From the NCBI GenBank assembly GCA_965208905.1, contig OZ242365.1:1088001-1152000 (forward strand): a DNA stretch of 64,000 nt. The letters are read 5' to 3'. Positions 49,039-59,474 of this stretch are shown one piece after another. Origin of the DNA: Nitrosopumilaceae archaeon. Lineage in GTDB: Archaea > Thermoproteota > Nitrososphaeria > Nitrososphaerales > Nitrosopumilaceae. How positions within the stretch are numbered: position 1 is the first letter of the stretch; each line of letters starts with the position of its first letter. A model generated the notes under the pieces. The model was not told where the DNA came from and ran no database searches. It saw only the letters and a program-made list of their open reading frames with translations. Made by a program: the position numbers and the translations under genes.

Positions 49039-49683
49039 CTAGACTTTGTGTATCGGCGGTCGACCCCTATGCTCTCCGGTTATGATGTAATTCACCGAAT
49101 CACTCATGAATAGGGCATGATCCGCTATGCGCTCTAAATATCTCAAAACAAGGGCTTCGGCCATGGCACATTTTGTGTCTTTGGAGTTTATCAGGGACAG
49201 CATCCTTTCACGATATATGATGTCCACCATTGCTTCCTGTTCTTGTATGTGTCTTGCCTTGTCCAGATTTAATGTGGCAAATGAGAGTATGGCATCTTTC
49301 ACCATCCTCTCGACCAAAACGAATGAATCATTCAGATGTGTACGAACACATCTGCGCAGATCGCCAAACGAGTCACGAATCAATGTTATATCATAAGCAT
49401 ATCGGCCAAACCGCAGAAAGTCATAAGATATCTCTATGGATGAACGTGTGAATCGAAAGTCTTGCGCAACTGGTTGATATTTTAAGAGTATCTCAAAGGT
49501 TAGGTTTCCGACCTCAAAGTATTTTTTACTTATCATGTCTGATATCTTTAGAGCCTCACTACTGGTATTGGTCCCTACAACAAATGACTCTGTCGCCAAA
49601 GACATAATCTTGATGTCCAAAGTCCCCATCTCGCTTAATGCAAACGAGAGTTTCTTTAGAGATGGATCTATGAGCCGTACCAT
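49039..49683 (-). CDS. phoU: phosphate signalling protein PhoU
   Basis: YQPVA.D.R, RYLERIADHA; end of pst operon. Confidence 0.9.
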   Translation of the reverse strand: MVRLIDPSLKKLSFALSEMGTLDIKIMSLATESFVVGTNTSSEALKISDMISKKYFEVGNLTFEILLKYQPVAQDFRFTRSSIEISYDFLRFGRYAYDITLIRDSFGDLRRCVRTHLNDSFVLVERMVKDAILSFATLNLDKARHIQEQEAMVDIIYRERMLSLINSKDTKCAMAEALVLRYLERIADHALFMSDSVNYIITGEHRGRPPIHKV

Positions 49684-50514
49684 TTAACCGAATTGGCCTT
49701 GGACATATTTAGCAGTTAGTTTGTCAACTGGCCTCTCAAAGACCTGCTTTGTCTTTCCATGTTCGACAAGCTTTCCTAGATACATAAAACCAGTATAGTC
49801 AGAGCAACGGACTGCCTGTTGCATGTTGTGCGTCACTATGATTATGCAATAATCTTTTTTGAGCTCTTCGATGGTCTCTTCAATCTTTTGTGTAGCTATG
49901 GGGTCTAATGCAGAGGCAGGCTCATCCATCAGCAGTACTTCGGGTTGTATGGCCAAGGCTCGAGCTATACACAGGCGTTGCTGTTGACCACCTGAAAGTT
50001 CCATGGCAGGTTTCTTCAATATGTCCTTGACCTCCTCCCATAGATATGCCATATTCAGACAGTCCTCTACTATCTCATCTAGAATGTCCTTGTTCCTGAC
50101 CCCGTTCAACTTGACTCCCGCCACCACATTATCGTATATACTCATGGTGGGAAATGGGTTGGGTTTCTGAAATACCATTCCCACTTTTCTGCGGTGGTAT
50201 ATGGGATCAATTCTTTTATCATACAAGTCAGCACCATCCAGTAATACGCGTCCTTCCACCTTGGCATCTGGCGTCATATCGTGCATACGATTTAAGCATC
50301 TCAGATATGTGGTCTTGCCGCAACCAGACGGTCCTATGAGTGCAGTTACAGACTTTTCAGGAAACGCCAGTGTGAGGTCTTGAACCGCATGCGTCTTTCC
50401 ATAGTATATGTTGATGTTCTCGGTTCGCATCTTGTATCTGGTCTGTGGTTTATCTATTGTTGTGATTGTGGCACTTCTGTCTGTCATTACAGTACTCATC
50501 CTCTCATCCAACAC
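49684..50514 (-). CDS. pstB: phosphate ABC transporter ATPase
   Basis: [40 protein letters not shown]. Confidence 0.96.
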   Translation of the reverse strand: MLDERMSTVMTDRSATITTIDKPQTRYKMRTENINIYYGKTHAVQDLTLAFPEKSVTALIGPSGCGKTTYLRCLNRMHDMTPDAKVEGRVLLDGADLYDKRIDPIYHRRKVGMVFQKPNPFPTMSIYDNVVAGVKLNGVRNKDILDEIVEDCLNMAYLWEEVKDILKKPAMELSGGQQQRLCIARALAIQPEVLLMDEPASALDPIATQKIEETIEELKKDYCIIIVTHNMQQAVRCSDYTGFMYLGKLVEHGKTKQVFERPVDKLTAKYVQGQFG

Positions 50515-50517
50515 CTC

Positions 50518-51438
50518 TTACCCTCTTAATACCCCTCTTAACCCTTTGCCGCTTTTGTCCCTCAGAAAGAAGTAGCGTACACCCAGATGTATGGCAAATA
50601 TGATGATTACCAGTGTAAGTGCAGCCCCCCACCCGGCAATTCGGGCCTCATCGTATGGCTGTAGTGATAGGCGCCATATCCTTAAGGGTAGAGCATCAGT
50701 CGATGAGTCAAACCCACTAAAGAATATGTTACTACCTAGAATTGTCATTATGAGAGGTGCGGTTTCGCCCCCCACCCTAGATATGGACAGCAGTACTCCG
50801 GTCAGTATGCCTTTCTTTGCTTGTGATAGTACTATACGCAGTGTGATTACCATCTTTGATAACCCTAAAGCCGCCCCCGCCTCACGATATGTCCATGGGA
50901 CCATACGGAGAGCCTCTTCGGTGGATCTGGCAACTATGGGGAACATTATGAACGACAAGGCTATGGCTCCAGCCCAGACTGTATAGTATCCCAAAGTCAG
51001 TACAATTGCCAAAAATGCAAATATGCCCAACACAATGGAGGGTACCTGCATAAAGACATCCATAAAGAATCGAATCTGCTTGGCAAAACGACTATTCCCA
51101 CCATACTCTGATAGATATATCCCACCCATTATTCCAATGGGAAGTCCAATCAAAGATGTCAGGGCTATTATAATTACAGTGCCTTGTATGGCGGGTCCTA
51201 TGGATATCTGACCTGCTCCCACGGCTCCGGGTTTACCTGTCAGAAACTCCCAGTTTAGCGCCGGCACGCCACTATACACTGCAGTCCCTAAAATCCATAT
51301 CAGAGGTATTATTGCCATAAGGGCGCAGACTATCACAGTGCCCACTACAATCTTATCCACCCAAAGACGTCTCCTTACATTGGACTTGAACATGGCTCGT
51401 ATCTCGGCACGCTTCTGTTGCCGATCTGTATACGTCAA
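50518..51438 (-). CDS. pstA: phosphate ABC transporter permease
   Basis: YLSEY, PSIV.G, REAG.ALG, GETAPL. Confidence 0.95.
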   Translation of the reverse strand: MTYTDRQQKRAEIRAMFKSNVRRRLWVDKIVVGTVIVCALMAIIPLIWILGTAVYSGVPALNWEFLTGKPGAVGAGQISIGPAIQGTVIIIALTSLIGLPIGIMGGIYLSEYGGNSRFAKQIRFFMDVFMQVPSIVLGIFAFLAIVLTLGYYTVWAGAIALSFIMFPIVARSTEEALRMVPWTYREAGAALGLSKMVITLRIVLSQAKKGILTGVLLSISRVGGETAPLIMTILGSNIFFSGFDSSTDALPLRIWRLSLQPYDEARIAGWGAALTLVIIIFAIHLGVRYFFLRDKSGKGLRGVLRG

Positions 51439-52412
51439 TGTATTGGTCCCTCGTTGACCTTTACCATGCGGGCCACCAAAAAGTGGGCGGCGACATTTAT
51501 GCTCAGCCCCACTGCCAGTAGGATCAGTCCAATACCTACGAGCGCGGCCGGGTGTAAACTTACCGGCGATGCCTCAATGAACTCGTTGGCTATTATACTG
51601 GGCATGGTCTGACTGGAGTCAAACAACGATTGAGGTATGGCTCGTAAGCCTGTCGTATTTCCAATCAACATGGTGACTGCCATCGTCTCTCCCACGGCCC
51701 TACCTAGTCCCAACATGGATGCCCCCAACAGGCCCGTCTTTGAGTACGGGAATATGGCCATACGAAACATTTCAAATGTGGTGGAGCCTAACATGTATGC
51801 TGCCTCTCTCTGTTGTTGAGGAACTGCCATCATGACCTCACGAGATATGGATGATATGGTGGGTATGATCATTATGGCCAGTATTATACTGGCAGTCATT
51901 ATGTCTAGACCAAAAGGCGTTCCCCCAAACAAGAATATGGAGTCGCCGAACATGTCGTGTAGTGGCTTTTCCACCAAATCCCTAAAGTATATTCGAAACA
52001 CAAACAGCCCCCACAACCCAAACACCACACTGGGAACCGCTTCTATGAGTTCTACCAGATATCCCAATGGCTGTCCAATCTTTTTTGGGATTATCATTAC
52101 CAACATTGCTATACCTATACTTAGTGGAAATCCAATGGCAAGTGCAATGGCACTGGTTATCAGCGTACCTAATATGTATGGGAATGCCCCAAACGACTCC
52201 CTTCCAGGTACGGGATTCCAGTCTGTACCGGTGATGAATCCAATGCCCTCCTCCTCCCAAATGGGCATGGACTCTATCCCTAACTGTAGTACTATTATGA
52301 GTATTACAGCTAGAACGTAGGCCCCCGCCGCCGCTGCAGCAAATTTGAATATCTTATCTGAGAGTAACGACTTCTTCTCCTTTTCATCCCGCTTGAACCA
52401 CTGCTTTGCCAT
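51435..52412 (-). CDS. pstC: phosphate ABC transporter permease
   Basis: W.P, PSVVFGLWG, LGLGRAVGETMAV, IANEF. Confidence 0.95.
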   Translation of the reverse strand: MAKQWFKRDEKEKKSLLSDKIFKFAAAAAGAYVLAVILIIVLQLGIESMPIWEEEGIGFITGTDWNPVPGRESFGAFPYILGTLITSAIALAIGFPLSIGIAMLVMIIPKKIGQPLGYLVELIEAVPSVVFGLWGLFVFRIYFRDLVEKPLHDMFGDSIFLFGGTPFGLDIMTASIILAIMIIPTISSISREVMMAVPQQQREAAYMLGSTTFEMFRMAIFPYSKTGLLGASMLGLGRAVGETMAVTMLIGNTTGLRAIPQSLFDSSQTMPSIIANEFIEASPVSLHPAALVGIGLILLAVGLSINVAAHFLVARMVKVNEGPIH

Positions 52413-52530
52413 TACGATGAATTGTGAATGTGAAAATATGTGGAATACATAAATAGATTACACAGTACATACTCCTCTATGTTATCTATATAGAATACCT
52501 GTATAATATAAGATACGCCTATGAAATAGT

Positions 52531-53592
52531 GTGGGCTACACAAAGCAGACAAGAAAGTTACAAAAGAGTGGCGGCTCAACATATGTAGTATCACTTCCCC
52601 GTGATTGGGTGATGAAGATGAACCTAAATTCCGGTGATGATATATTGATGTCCGTAAATGTAAACAACTCTTTAACCATACATCCTGATGCCCATAAAGC
52701 GGATCATAAACAGGCCGTTGCAGTTGTGGGTCCCAAGGACTCGGATGAGTCCATTAGACGTAAGGTGGTGGCAATGTATCTGGCCGGTTATGACTCCATC
52801 AAAATAACGGCAAAAGGCATACGATTAGGCCCAGGTCAATTGAATATAGTGCGGGCATTTGCCCGCTCCTCAATGGTAGGTACAGAGATAATTGAGTCTA
52901 GCCCGGAATTTATAACAATTAAAATTCTTACACGCCTACCCGAATTGACGTTTTCTACAGGTCTACTTAGAATGTGCAACATGACTGTGGAGATGCATAA
53001 AGAGGCATTGGAGGCGGTAATGGCAAAAGATGAAGAGTATGCCAAAGAGGTGGTGAAACTTGATGATGAGATAGATAGGTTCACGTTTTACATGATGCGC
53101 AATCTGAACATGGCTGTCGGTGATGCCAATGTAATGCAAGAGATGTCGTTGGGTGGTCCGAGAGACTGTATGCATTACAGAACCGCAATTTCACGTGTAG
53201 AGCGGGTGGCAGACCATGCAGTACTTATAGCCAAAAAGGTCAAGTTCCTCTCCGAAAGTGTAAATCCTGAAATTATGACTAGAATGCAGGATCTCTCCGG
53301 ATCTGTAATGAGTCTGTTCGAATCATCTGTAAGTGCACTAGTGGAGTCTGATTATGTGGCAGCTGAAGAGGTATCTGGACGTATTCCTCACATATATGTA
53401 ATTCAAGAGGAGCTTATGATGTCCATAAAAAAGTCATCTCCGAATGTGACTGCTATAAAATTCATACTAGACAGTATTCGGCGTTCTTTGGAGTATACTG
53501 CAGATATCACCGAAGTGGTTATGGATCTAAATATTGAAAAGGTAATCGATGTGAATCTTCCACATAAAGTAGTTGATGCAGTGGCCCGATAG
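52531..53592 (+). CDS. AbrB-PhoU phosphate uptake regulator
   Basis: RKLQ.SGGSTY.VSLP..W N-terminus; DDEIDR and ERVADH PhoU repeats. Confidence 0.9.
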   Translation: MGYTKQTRKLQKSGGSTYVVSLPRDWVMKMNLNSGDDILMSVNVNNSLTIHPDAHKADHKQAVAVVGPKDSDESIRRKVVAMYLAGYDSIKITAKGIRLGPGQLNIVRAFARSSMVGTEIIESSPEFITIKILTRLPELTFSTGLLRMCNMTVEMHKEALEAVMAKDEEYAKEVVKLDDEIDRFTFYMMRNLNMAVGDANVMQEMSLGGPRDCMHYRTAISRVERVADHAVLIAKKVKFLSESVNPEIMTRMQDLSGSVMSLFESSVSALVESDYVAAEEVSGRIPHIYVIQEELMMSIKKSSPNVTAIKFILDSIRRSLEYTADITEVVMDLNIEKVIDVNLPHKVVDAVAR

Positions 53593-53602
53593 ATATGGAG
53601 AT

Positions 53603-54073
53603 ATGGTAAACTTCTCTACTATTGTTGCAGACCTCCAAGAGGCATTACAACACGACATGCCGCAGATAAGGTTTCTGTTGTTGAAGAACCCTGCCATGGC
53701 ATATACTCGTATAGTGGAGATAGGTCGTGATGTGGGCTTAAAGTATGGCATACAATTGATTGTAAACTTTCCCCACGAAGGGAAGATAGAGAAGTTTGAT
53801 ATGTATGGGAAGCAAGATCTCAGCTTGATAATAGACAAGGAGCGTCGTAACTTTCCCATATCCAGAAGTATAGTGAAAGATAAGGCCAAAGAAATATTTG
53901 GTGACGTCAAAGTTGAGGATGCTTATATGTATGAAGGCAAGGAGGGAGCTCGGGTCTGGACTCTGAATGGCAAGATAGACATACTGCCCCACTCCCTTCA
54001 TATATGGACTTACTTTGATGATGATGTCATGTTATACTGTGATTGGCTTTTAGAGAACGTGTATCAACTGTAA
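53603..54073 (+). CDS. conserved hypothetical protein
   Basis: Long ORF in operon-like position; ATG at 53603 preferred. Confidence 0.75.
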   Translation: MVNFSTIVADLQEALQHDMPQIRFLLLKNPAMAYTRIVEIGRDVGLKYGIQLIVNFPHEGKIEKFDMYGKQDLSLIIDKERRNFPISRSIVKDKAKEIFGDVKVEDAYMYEGKEGARVWTLNGKIDILPHSLHIWTYFDDDVMLYCDWLLENVYQL

Positions 54074-54074
54074 C

Positions 54075-54431
54075 TTAGTCGGACAGTTGGGATAACAGGG
54101 ACTTTGCCTCTTCGTGTTCGGAGTCTATCTTTAGTATCTGCATGCAACATAATACTGCCTCCTGAGGTTGCTTGAGCGCCAGATGTACATTGGTCTTGAG
54201 CATAAGGGCTTCTATATCGTCATGCTGAAACGTAATGGCAGATTCAAAGTAGGGCAAGGCTCGAGCTGGCTCCTCAAGTATGTAGTATATGCTGCCCATT
54301 ATAAATAAAAAGTCATGATCTTCGGTGTATCTCTCTTCTATGGATTTGCCAAACTCCAAGGCTTCCGTGTATTCGCCCCTTTGAACCATCTTTCGTAGCT
54401 TTCTCTTTGGATATGTGAGTGAAAAGGGCAA
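54075..54431 (-). CDS. tetratricopeptide-repeat protein
   Basis: G.Y.EAL, G..Y...A..Y..A TPR periodicity. Confidence 0.8.
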   Translation of the reverse strand: MPFSLTYPKRKLRKMVQRGEYTEALEFGKSIEERYTEDHDFLFIMGSIYYILEEPARALPYFESAITFQHDDIEALMLKTNVHLALKQPQEAVLCCMQILKIDSEHEEAKSLLSQLSD

Positions 54432-55916
54432 CTATGAGACTCGCAGTATGCCGTTTTGAATCAGGAACTGTAACCCTTGAACGAATGACTCATCATCAAT
54501 GGAGCCTTCCGCCCACCACATTGCCGTATTTTTAATCCAGTCCGGTATGGCTCCACCTGTACTATCCCCCGTCGACTCTGTAGGTGGTATGGACAGTATG
54601 CCGTTTTGAATCAGGAACTGTAACCCTTGAACGAATGACTCATCATCAATGGAGCCTTCCGCCCACCACATTGCCGTATTTTTAATCCAGTCAGGTATTA
54701 CTGCCACTGGCTTTGCACCAGAATAGACATCTATTGGTACCAAAAGATAGTCTCCTTCTGATGATGGGGGTACTACGCCGTCTTTTGACAGGCCGTATAT
54801 GTATATCAGATAGTTGGTCATACCGGCCTCATTTACTATAAACTCAATCTCTGCCTGACCCGATGGCGAGTACAGGTATAGTCTTCCCTCATCACTGGAT
54901 ATGGAGCGCTTAGGAGGTGTCAGTGGTTGACCTGATTCGTCCACATCGACCACCCAAAAGTCATACTGGACTTGATTGAGAAATTCAGTATCATCGTACT
55001 TTGAGATAAATTTGATTAACATTCTCATGGGACACTCTTCTACGGGTGGGTCTGGACTGTAAAAGACATGTAGTTGGTACTTGAAGAAGTGTGATGGCTT
55101 CTTTATGGACTGATCAAGGCCATCTATGCTCGGACATCCCAACTGTGATTGTTGCTGCGCAGTGGATTCGATGTCGGCAAACGGATTTTCAGTCACACCA
55201 CTTCTGTACTCTTGAAGTTCAAACTCATACTCTCGAGGTGGTATACCTTCAGATACATGCGTCCATGTGAGCGCCTTTATGGGAAACGGGAATCCGTCCG
55301 CGACCCATATTTGGCTGTTGGCCCCACCAGTTCTCCATCCCACTACTACTACATTGTCAAAATGACCGGCAGGTACATCATGGCCATCTACTAGTAACTC
55401 TTTTGGTAGTATCTGCTCGCCACCTATGTTGGCAATCTTGCCCCAGGATGGCAGTGAAAAGTCTTTTGGTTCATTCGCATTGGCAAACGCAGATAGCCAT
55501 ACCACTGATGATTTGAATGCTCCAATGTATGAACTTAATTCTGGGGAACCTCCTGTGGGTTCTGGTGCTATCTTTCCTAACTCCATCTGGCCGACCGTTA
55601 TCCTACTACCATCATATGTGACAACATGAGCCAACCACTTAGTCTCGGTTCCCACTTGTATATCCTTCTCAATCCATATGTCCATGCTGAACTCTGCACA
55701 CTCTTTGTAGTCTACATGACACATATCATAAGAGTAGTAGTCGCCTATCTGCATACCTTCACCCACATGCCAGTCTCCATTATAGTCCACTCCGCCCTGT
55801 TGAAACTGTGCCATGGCCATATCCACTTGGCTTAGTAGTATTATACAACTAAACAGTACTAGGGTTATTGATGCACACAAATCTACTCTTTTCATAATGT
55901 ACAAAATACACATCAC
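54432..55916 (-). CDS. secreted protein with duplicated IPDWIK..WW C-terminal domain
   Basis: Signal peptide; two copies of IPDWIKNTAMWWAEGSIDDESFVQGLQFLIQNGIL. Confidence 0.85.
   Translation of the reverse strand: MMCILYIMKRVDLCASITLVLFSCIILLSQVDMAMAQFQQGGVDYNGDWHVGEGMQIGDYYSYDMCHVDYKECAEFSMDIWIEKDIQVGTETKWLAHVVTYDGSRITVGQMELGKIAPEPTGGSPELSSYIGAFKSSVVWLSAFANANEPKDFSLPSWGKIANIGGEQILPKELLVDGHDVPAGHFDNVVVVGWRTGGANSQIWVADGFPFPIKALTWTHVSEGIPPREYEFELQEYRSGVTENPFADIESTAQQQSQLGCPSIDGLDQSIKKPSHFFKYQLHVFYSPDPPVEECPMRMLIKFISKYDDTEFLNQVQYDFWVVDVDESGQPLTPPKRSISSDEGRLYLYSPSGQAEIEFIVNEAGMTNYLIYIYGLSKDGVVPPSSEGDYLLVPIDVYSGAKPVAVIPDWIKNTAMWWAEGSIDDESFVQGLQFLIQNGILSIPPTESTGDSTGGAIPDWIKNTAMWWAEGSIDDESFVQGLQFLIQNGILRVS
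54444..54692. repeat. 99-bp identical direct repeat
   Basis: 54444-54542 = 54594-54692. Confidence 0.95.
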
Positions 55917-56000
55917 TAATATTAAGACTTAATGCATTATCGGGGTCCGAAGCTGATTTTGGTATGACAAATATAGAGGGTAGATTATACTGTACATGTT

Positions 56001-56159
56001 ATGTGCGACTGCTCAAAGGTACACCTGTATGAGGTGGAGTTCAAGTTGAACGGCATGGTTGTTGTTCCAGTACACAAGAACTGTGGCTTTGCATTGGGGG
56101 AGAAACAGGCAGACAAGCTCCAAAAGGAGCTGGTAAAGTTATGGGGATTTGAAGAATAA
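56001..56159 (+). CDS. small Cys/His protein (52 aa), not in the ORF track
   Basis: Hand translation MCDCSKVHLYEVEFKLNGMVVVPVHKNCGFALGEKQADKLQKELVKLWGFEE. Confidence 0.7.
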   Translation: MCDCSKVHLYEVEFKLNGMVVVPVHKNCGFALGEKQADKLQKELVKLWGFEE

Positions 56160-56180
56160 ATAAATTAAAATGTACTAAAC

Positions 56181-56315
56181 TTAACGATCAGCATTCTTGC
56201 ATACGTCGTTGGGACATGCGCAATTCACATCACAGTAGCATGAAGCTTGTAACGCGCAATCACATTCTGTACCTGCTTCTAATGCTGCTTGGCAACCACA
56301 TGCGGGATCTACCAT
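56181..56315 (-). CDS. metallothionein-like peptide (44 aa), not in the ORF track
   Basis: Hand translation MVDPACGCQAALEAGTECDCALQASCYCDVNCACPNDVCKNADR: 9 Cys, four CxC. Confidence 0.72.
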   Translation of the reverse strand: MVDPACGCQAALEAGTECDCALQASCYCDVNCACPNDVCKNADR

Positions 56316-56350
56316 GTTTGCATTATTCTAAAATGTTATTTAAAGTTGTA

Positions 56351-57181
56351 CTACTTTATTTGTGAATTTAAATTCTCTAAAATAAACTCTATCTCGTGAC
56401 GGATTAGAGATGTATTATCCTTGGCCTCTCCCACATCCATGGCAATACTACAAACAAACTCATGATGTGTGGGATTTGTATACATGGCAGCGCTTGCCTG
56501 ATGACATAGGTAATAGTAACAGTCAGCTAGACGCTGCTCCTGTAACAGTATATCTGTCTTGTACTGTATTATCTCTGCTGACTGTTGTTGATGTATGCCG
56601 GTTACGGCCTTACTCATTCTGTTTAATAGCGTTGTAGATGTCCTCTCCATACCCCACATGCCTGATATGCGTGCAACCGTATCTGAGTGATCTTTTACAT
56701 GCCGAAGATGCTCTAGCGCATGTGTGGATGATACATGATGATTCATTGCAAGAACTGCATCACACAAGTGCATATTGGCACACTTTTGCCAGCAGGTTGC
56801 CATTGTTGGTGTATTGGCGTTTTGTGCACGTGCAGTACATACCATGGAGTTGGTCAAACTGATTCTGGCACAATCACAGAATATTTCGGCTATGCGGGGC
56901 TTTATGTTTTGAATTAGCGATGCCAACATCATTGTATCATCCTGTATTATGTTCATTGTGGAGTATCCTGCTAAAATAAACGACCTTGACTCGTTTATAC
57001 TGCCATGATGTATTATTATGGTCCGATCATCACAAGTATACACAGTAGACGGTACTGTGACATCTTCATCAAATATGATTATGTCGTGTATGCACGTGGG
57101 ATATCCAGTATTGTTGGCATGACAACCTACCAGAGCAATTGGATAACTCCCCAAGCCAGATATAATACGTTTAAGGTTCAC
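56351..57181 (-). CDS. conserved hypothetical protein (degenerate nucleotidyltransferase-like N-terminus)
   Basis: 276-aa ORF; LVGC.A......C.HDIIIFD pattern. Confidence 0.65.
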   Translation of the reverse strand: MNLKRIISGLGSYPIALVGCHANNTGYPTCIHDIIIFDEDVTVPSTVYTCDDRTIIIHHGSINESRSFILAGYSTMNIIQDDTMMLASLIQNIKPRIAEIFCDCARISLTNSMVCTARAQNANTPTMATCWQKCANMHLCDAVLAMNHHVSSTHALEHLRHVKDHSDTVARISGMWGMERTSTTLLNRMSKAVTGIHQQQSAEIIQYKTDILLQEQRLADCYYYLCHQASAAMYTNPTHHEFVCSIAMDVGEAKDNTSLIRHEIEFILENLNSQIK

Positions 57182-57264
57182 TATGTGTGGCAGTTATGTC
57201 TACGAACTAAAAAAGCATGATTGTTCCCTTGCGTTTAAATTAAGATGTAAAGTAAATAAAGAGG

Positions 57265-57340
57265 GCTCCTGTGGTGTAGTCCGGCTAAGCATACTGCCCT
57301 CTCAAGGCAGTGATCCCGGGTTCAAATCCCGGCGGGAGCA
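57265..57340 (+). tRNA. tRNA-Glu(CTC)
   Basis: GCTCCTG/CGGGAGC acceptor, CTGCC-CT-CTC-AA-GGCAG, GGTTCAAATCC. Confidence 0.95.
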
Positions 57341-57380
57341 CTCAAACATTAATTATAGTATGGTGTATAGTCATGATGTT

Positions 57381-57483
57381 GCCGGGGTCGCCTAGCCTGG
57401 TAGGGCGCGCGCCTGGAAATCTAAGAGACCACACAGCGCGTTCTCGCAAGGGATCGGGAGTTCAAATCTCCCTCCCGGCGCCA
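57381..57483 (+). tRNA. tRNA-Ser(GGA) with an ~16-nt anticodon-loop intron
   Basis: GCCGGGG/TCCCGGC acceptor + G CCA, CGCGC-CT-GGA-A[atctaagagaccacac]A-GCGCG, long variable arm. Confidence 0.88.
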
Positions 57484-57921
57484 TTACTTCCATACTGTTA
57501 CTGTGACCCAGTCCTGTATTGTGTGCCCGCCTGCATATGTGCCTTCTACGGATATGCGGTATAGTCCTTCTAGAACTATATCTCCGTCATTTTTGGTCTG
57601 ATTCCACATAATTGTATAATCAAGACCCGGCGGTAGAAAACTATCTGTATGTTCGCCACCATCATACATGATCATGCCTGAAAGGCCAGTTATTCGTAAA
57701 TTCCACTGCGTTGAGGTCTCCAGTGGTATGGTTCCAGTGTTTACCACTCTTACTTGTATGGGTTCCCCCCGTTTGTAGTCACTCTTATCGGTTATGACAC
57801 TGATTGAGGCGCCTTCTACATATGTGAGACTATTACTGTCTAGATTCAAAAGTGTCACTCCAACAACCAATCCTGAAGCTGCACCCACTGACATAAACAC
57901 TGCCAGTGTCTTTTGTAACAA
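57484..57921 (-). CDS. exported Ig-like protein
   Basis: N-terminal TM; TDK..Y..GE.I...V.N.G, W.Q...G..V..G.Y. Confidence 0.72.
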   Translation of the reverse strand: MLQKTLAVFMSVGAASGLVVGVTLLNLDSNSLTYVEGASISVITDKSDYKRGEPIQVRVVNTGTIPLETSTQWNLRITGLSGMIMYDGGEHTDSFLPPGLDYTIMWNQTKNDGDIVLEGLYRISVEGTYAGGHTIQDWVTVTVWK

Positions 57922-58917
57922 TTATGAATGCCTTCCCTTTGTACGCCATCGTCGTGGATATGTATTTGGAGCCATTATTATACGACGTGTCTCAAAACAA
58001 TGTCCCTTTGTAGCGTCACGAATTTCCGACTCAGTCATCTTACATTCGGCTAGTGCCACTGCCTCCCCCTTCTGAGTGTATATGGCCACCGTCTCGTGTC
58101 GGTTTAGTTCTGGTGACATCTGTAGTATTCCAGGTACGGCCAGCTGGGCCCCATGACAGAGTGCGTCCACTGCCGAATCTCGTATTACCACTGACTTGAG
58201 TCTGCTGAGAGCCGCCTCGACTGGATATATCATGGATCTCAACAGTGTGGAGTCTCCACTCTCCTTCCATGTATCGTATGCATCTGAGAGATGGTGTAGT
58301 GTGACTAGTTTGTCTTGTTCTGTGAACTGATTCACCATTGTGCGGCGTAACTCAATCATTGTGGCGCCCGGACCCAATATCTCGCCTATATCGTATAACA
58401 ACTTTCGGATATAAGTGCCTGACTCGCATGATATCTGTAGTAAGGCCAGACGCTCTTTCTGTTCTAATAACTTCATGCTGTGTATTGTGCGTGTACGGGT
58501 ACGACGGCGAACGCTGGAGCGCTGAGGCGGTCTTTGGTATATCATACCGGTAAACTCAGAGAGTACCTCATCTAGTCTCTGTTTTGTAGGCAGTGTGTGG
58601 AACCTACAGACTGCATGATACTCTTTGGGACCATACAATAAAACCCCCAAGGCCTTTGTTGCCTCACCTAGACCCAAAGGCAGCACGCCAGATACTTGAG
58701 GGTCCAAAGTACCACTGTGGCCCACCTTTGGTAACCCTAGTATGCGCTTTGTCCAGGCTACTGTCTCGTGACTTGTGGGTCCTGGAGGTTTGTCCAGTAG
58801 TATTATGCCGTATTGGAGCAACTGCTCTATACTGCGATTGTTATAGGCAGTACCATATGCAGAGTCAGTTATGTCTTGATCTATCTCGACCAAGCCTTCC
58901 AGCTGAGATAGCGTCAT
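57922..58917 (-). CDS. cbf5: H/ACA pseudouridine synthase Cbf5
   Basis: LDKPPGPTSH, GHSGTLDP, GTYIRKL, ELRR, PUA domain. Confidence 0.95.
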   Translation of the reverse strand: MTLSQLEGLVEIDQDITDSAYGTAYNNRSIEQLLQYGIILLDKPPGPTSHETVAWTKRILGLPKVGHSGTLDPQVSGVLPLGLGEATKALGVLLYGPKEYHAVCRFHTLPTKQRLDEVLSEFTGMIYQRPPQRSSVRRRTRTRTIHSMKLLEQKERLALLQISCESGTYIRKLLYDIGEILGPGATMIELRRTMVNQFTEQDKLVTLHHLSDAYDTWKESGDSTLLRSMIYPVEAALSRLKSVVIRDSAVDALCHGAQLAVPGILQMSPELNRHETVAIYTQKGEAVALAECKMTESEIRDATKGHCFETRRIIMAPNTYPRRWRTKGRHS

Positions 58918-59474
58918 ATCATGTCATCCAACTTTTCAACGACCTCTCTTATCACTTGAGATATTCCCTTACCGTCAGTCTGTATAATTATATCAAATAT
59001 GCCATTATCTACACCAAAATCAAACCCATAGTTGTTCTTGTATAGTGTACGGTTTCGCCTATATCTGTCCCGGGCAATTTTGTATGCATGCGCAGCATCC
59101 ACACCGTCTCGATTTTGCAGTCGGCGGGCACTAACATCCTCGGAGCATTCCAACCACACCCGTATGGCATCAGATGTTAGCCATGGTAGTGTATAGCTTG
59201 TTATGACTACGTCTCCGTCACTACAAATCTGCAACAACTTCTCATCCATCCTTCTATCAAAGTCAAAATTTTCTTCACGCATGGCTAAAAAGTTCATGCC
59301 ATCTACAGTGTCCCACCAATCATCTCCTGTGGGTGTAAATCCTTCCTTTCTGGCTATCTCTTTTAGTATGTCCCCGCCGCTAATGCAACTCATATTGTAT
59401 GTGTCAGCTAGGCTGCGAGCGATGGTAGACTTTCCCACTGCAGGTGGACCAGATAATATTATGGCACGAGTCAA
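58914..59474 (-). CDS. cmk: cytidylate kinase
   Basis: SGPPAVGKST P-loop; conserved position between DUF106 and cbf5. Confidence 0.88.
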   Translation of the reverse strand: MTRAIILSGPPAVGKSTIARSLADTYNMSCISGGDILKEIARKEGFTPTGDDWWDTVDGMNFLAMREENFDFDRRMDEKLLQICSDGDVVITSYTLPWLTSDAIRVWLECSEDVSARRLQNRDGVDAAHAYKIARDRYRRNRTLYKNNYGFDFGVDNGIFDIIIQTDGKGISQVIREVVEKLDDMI

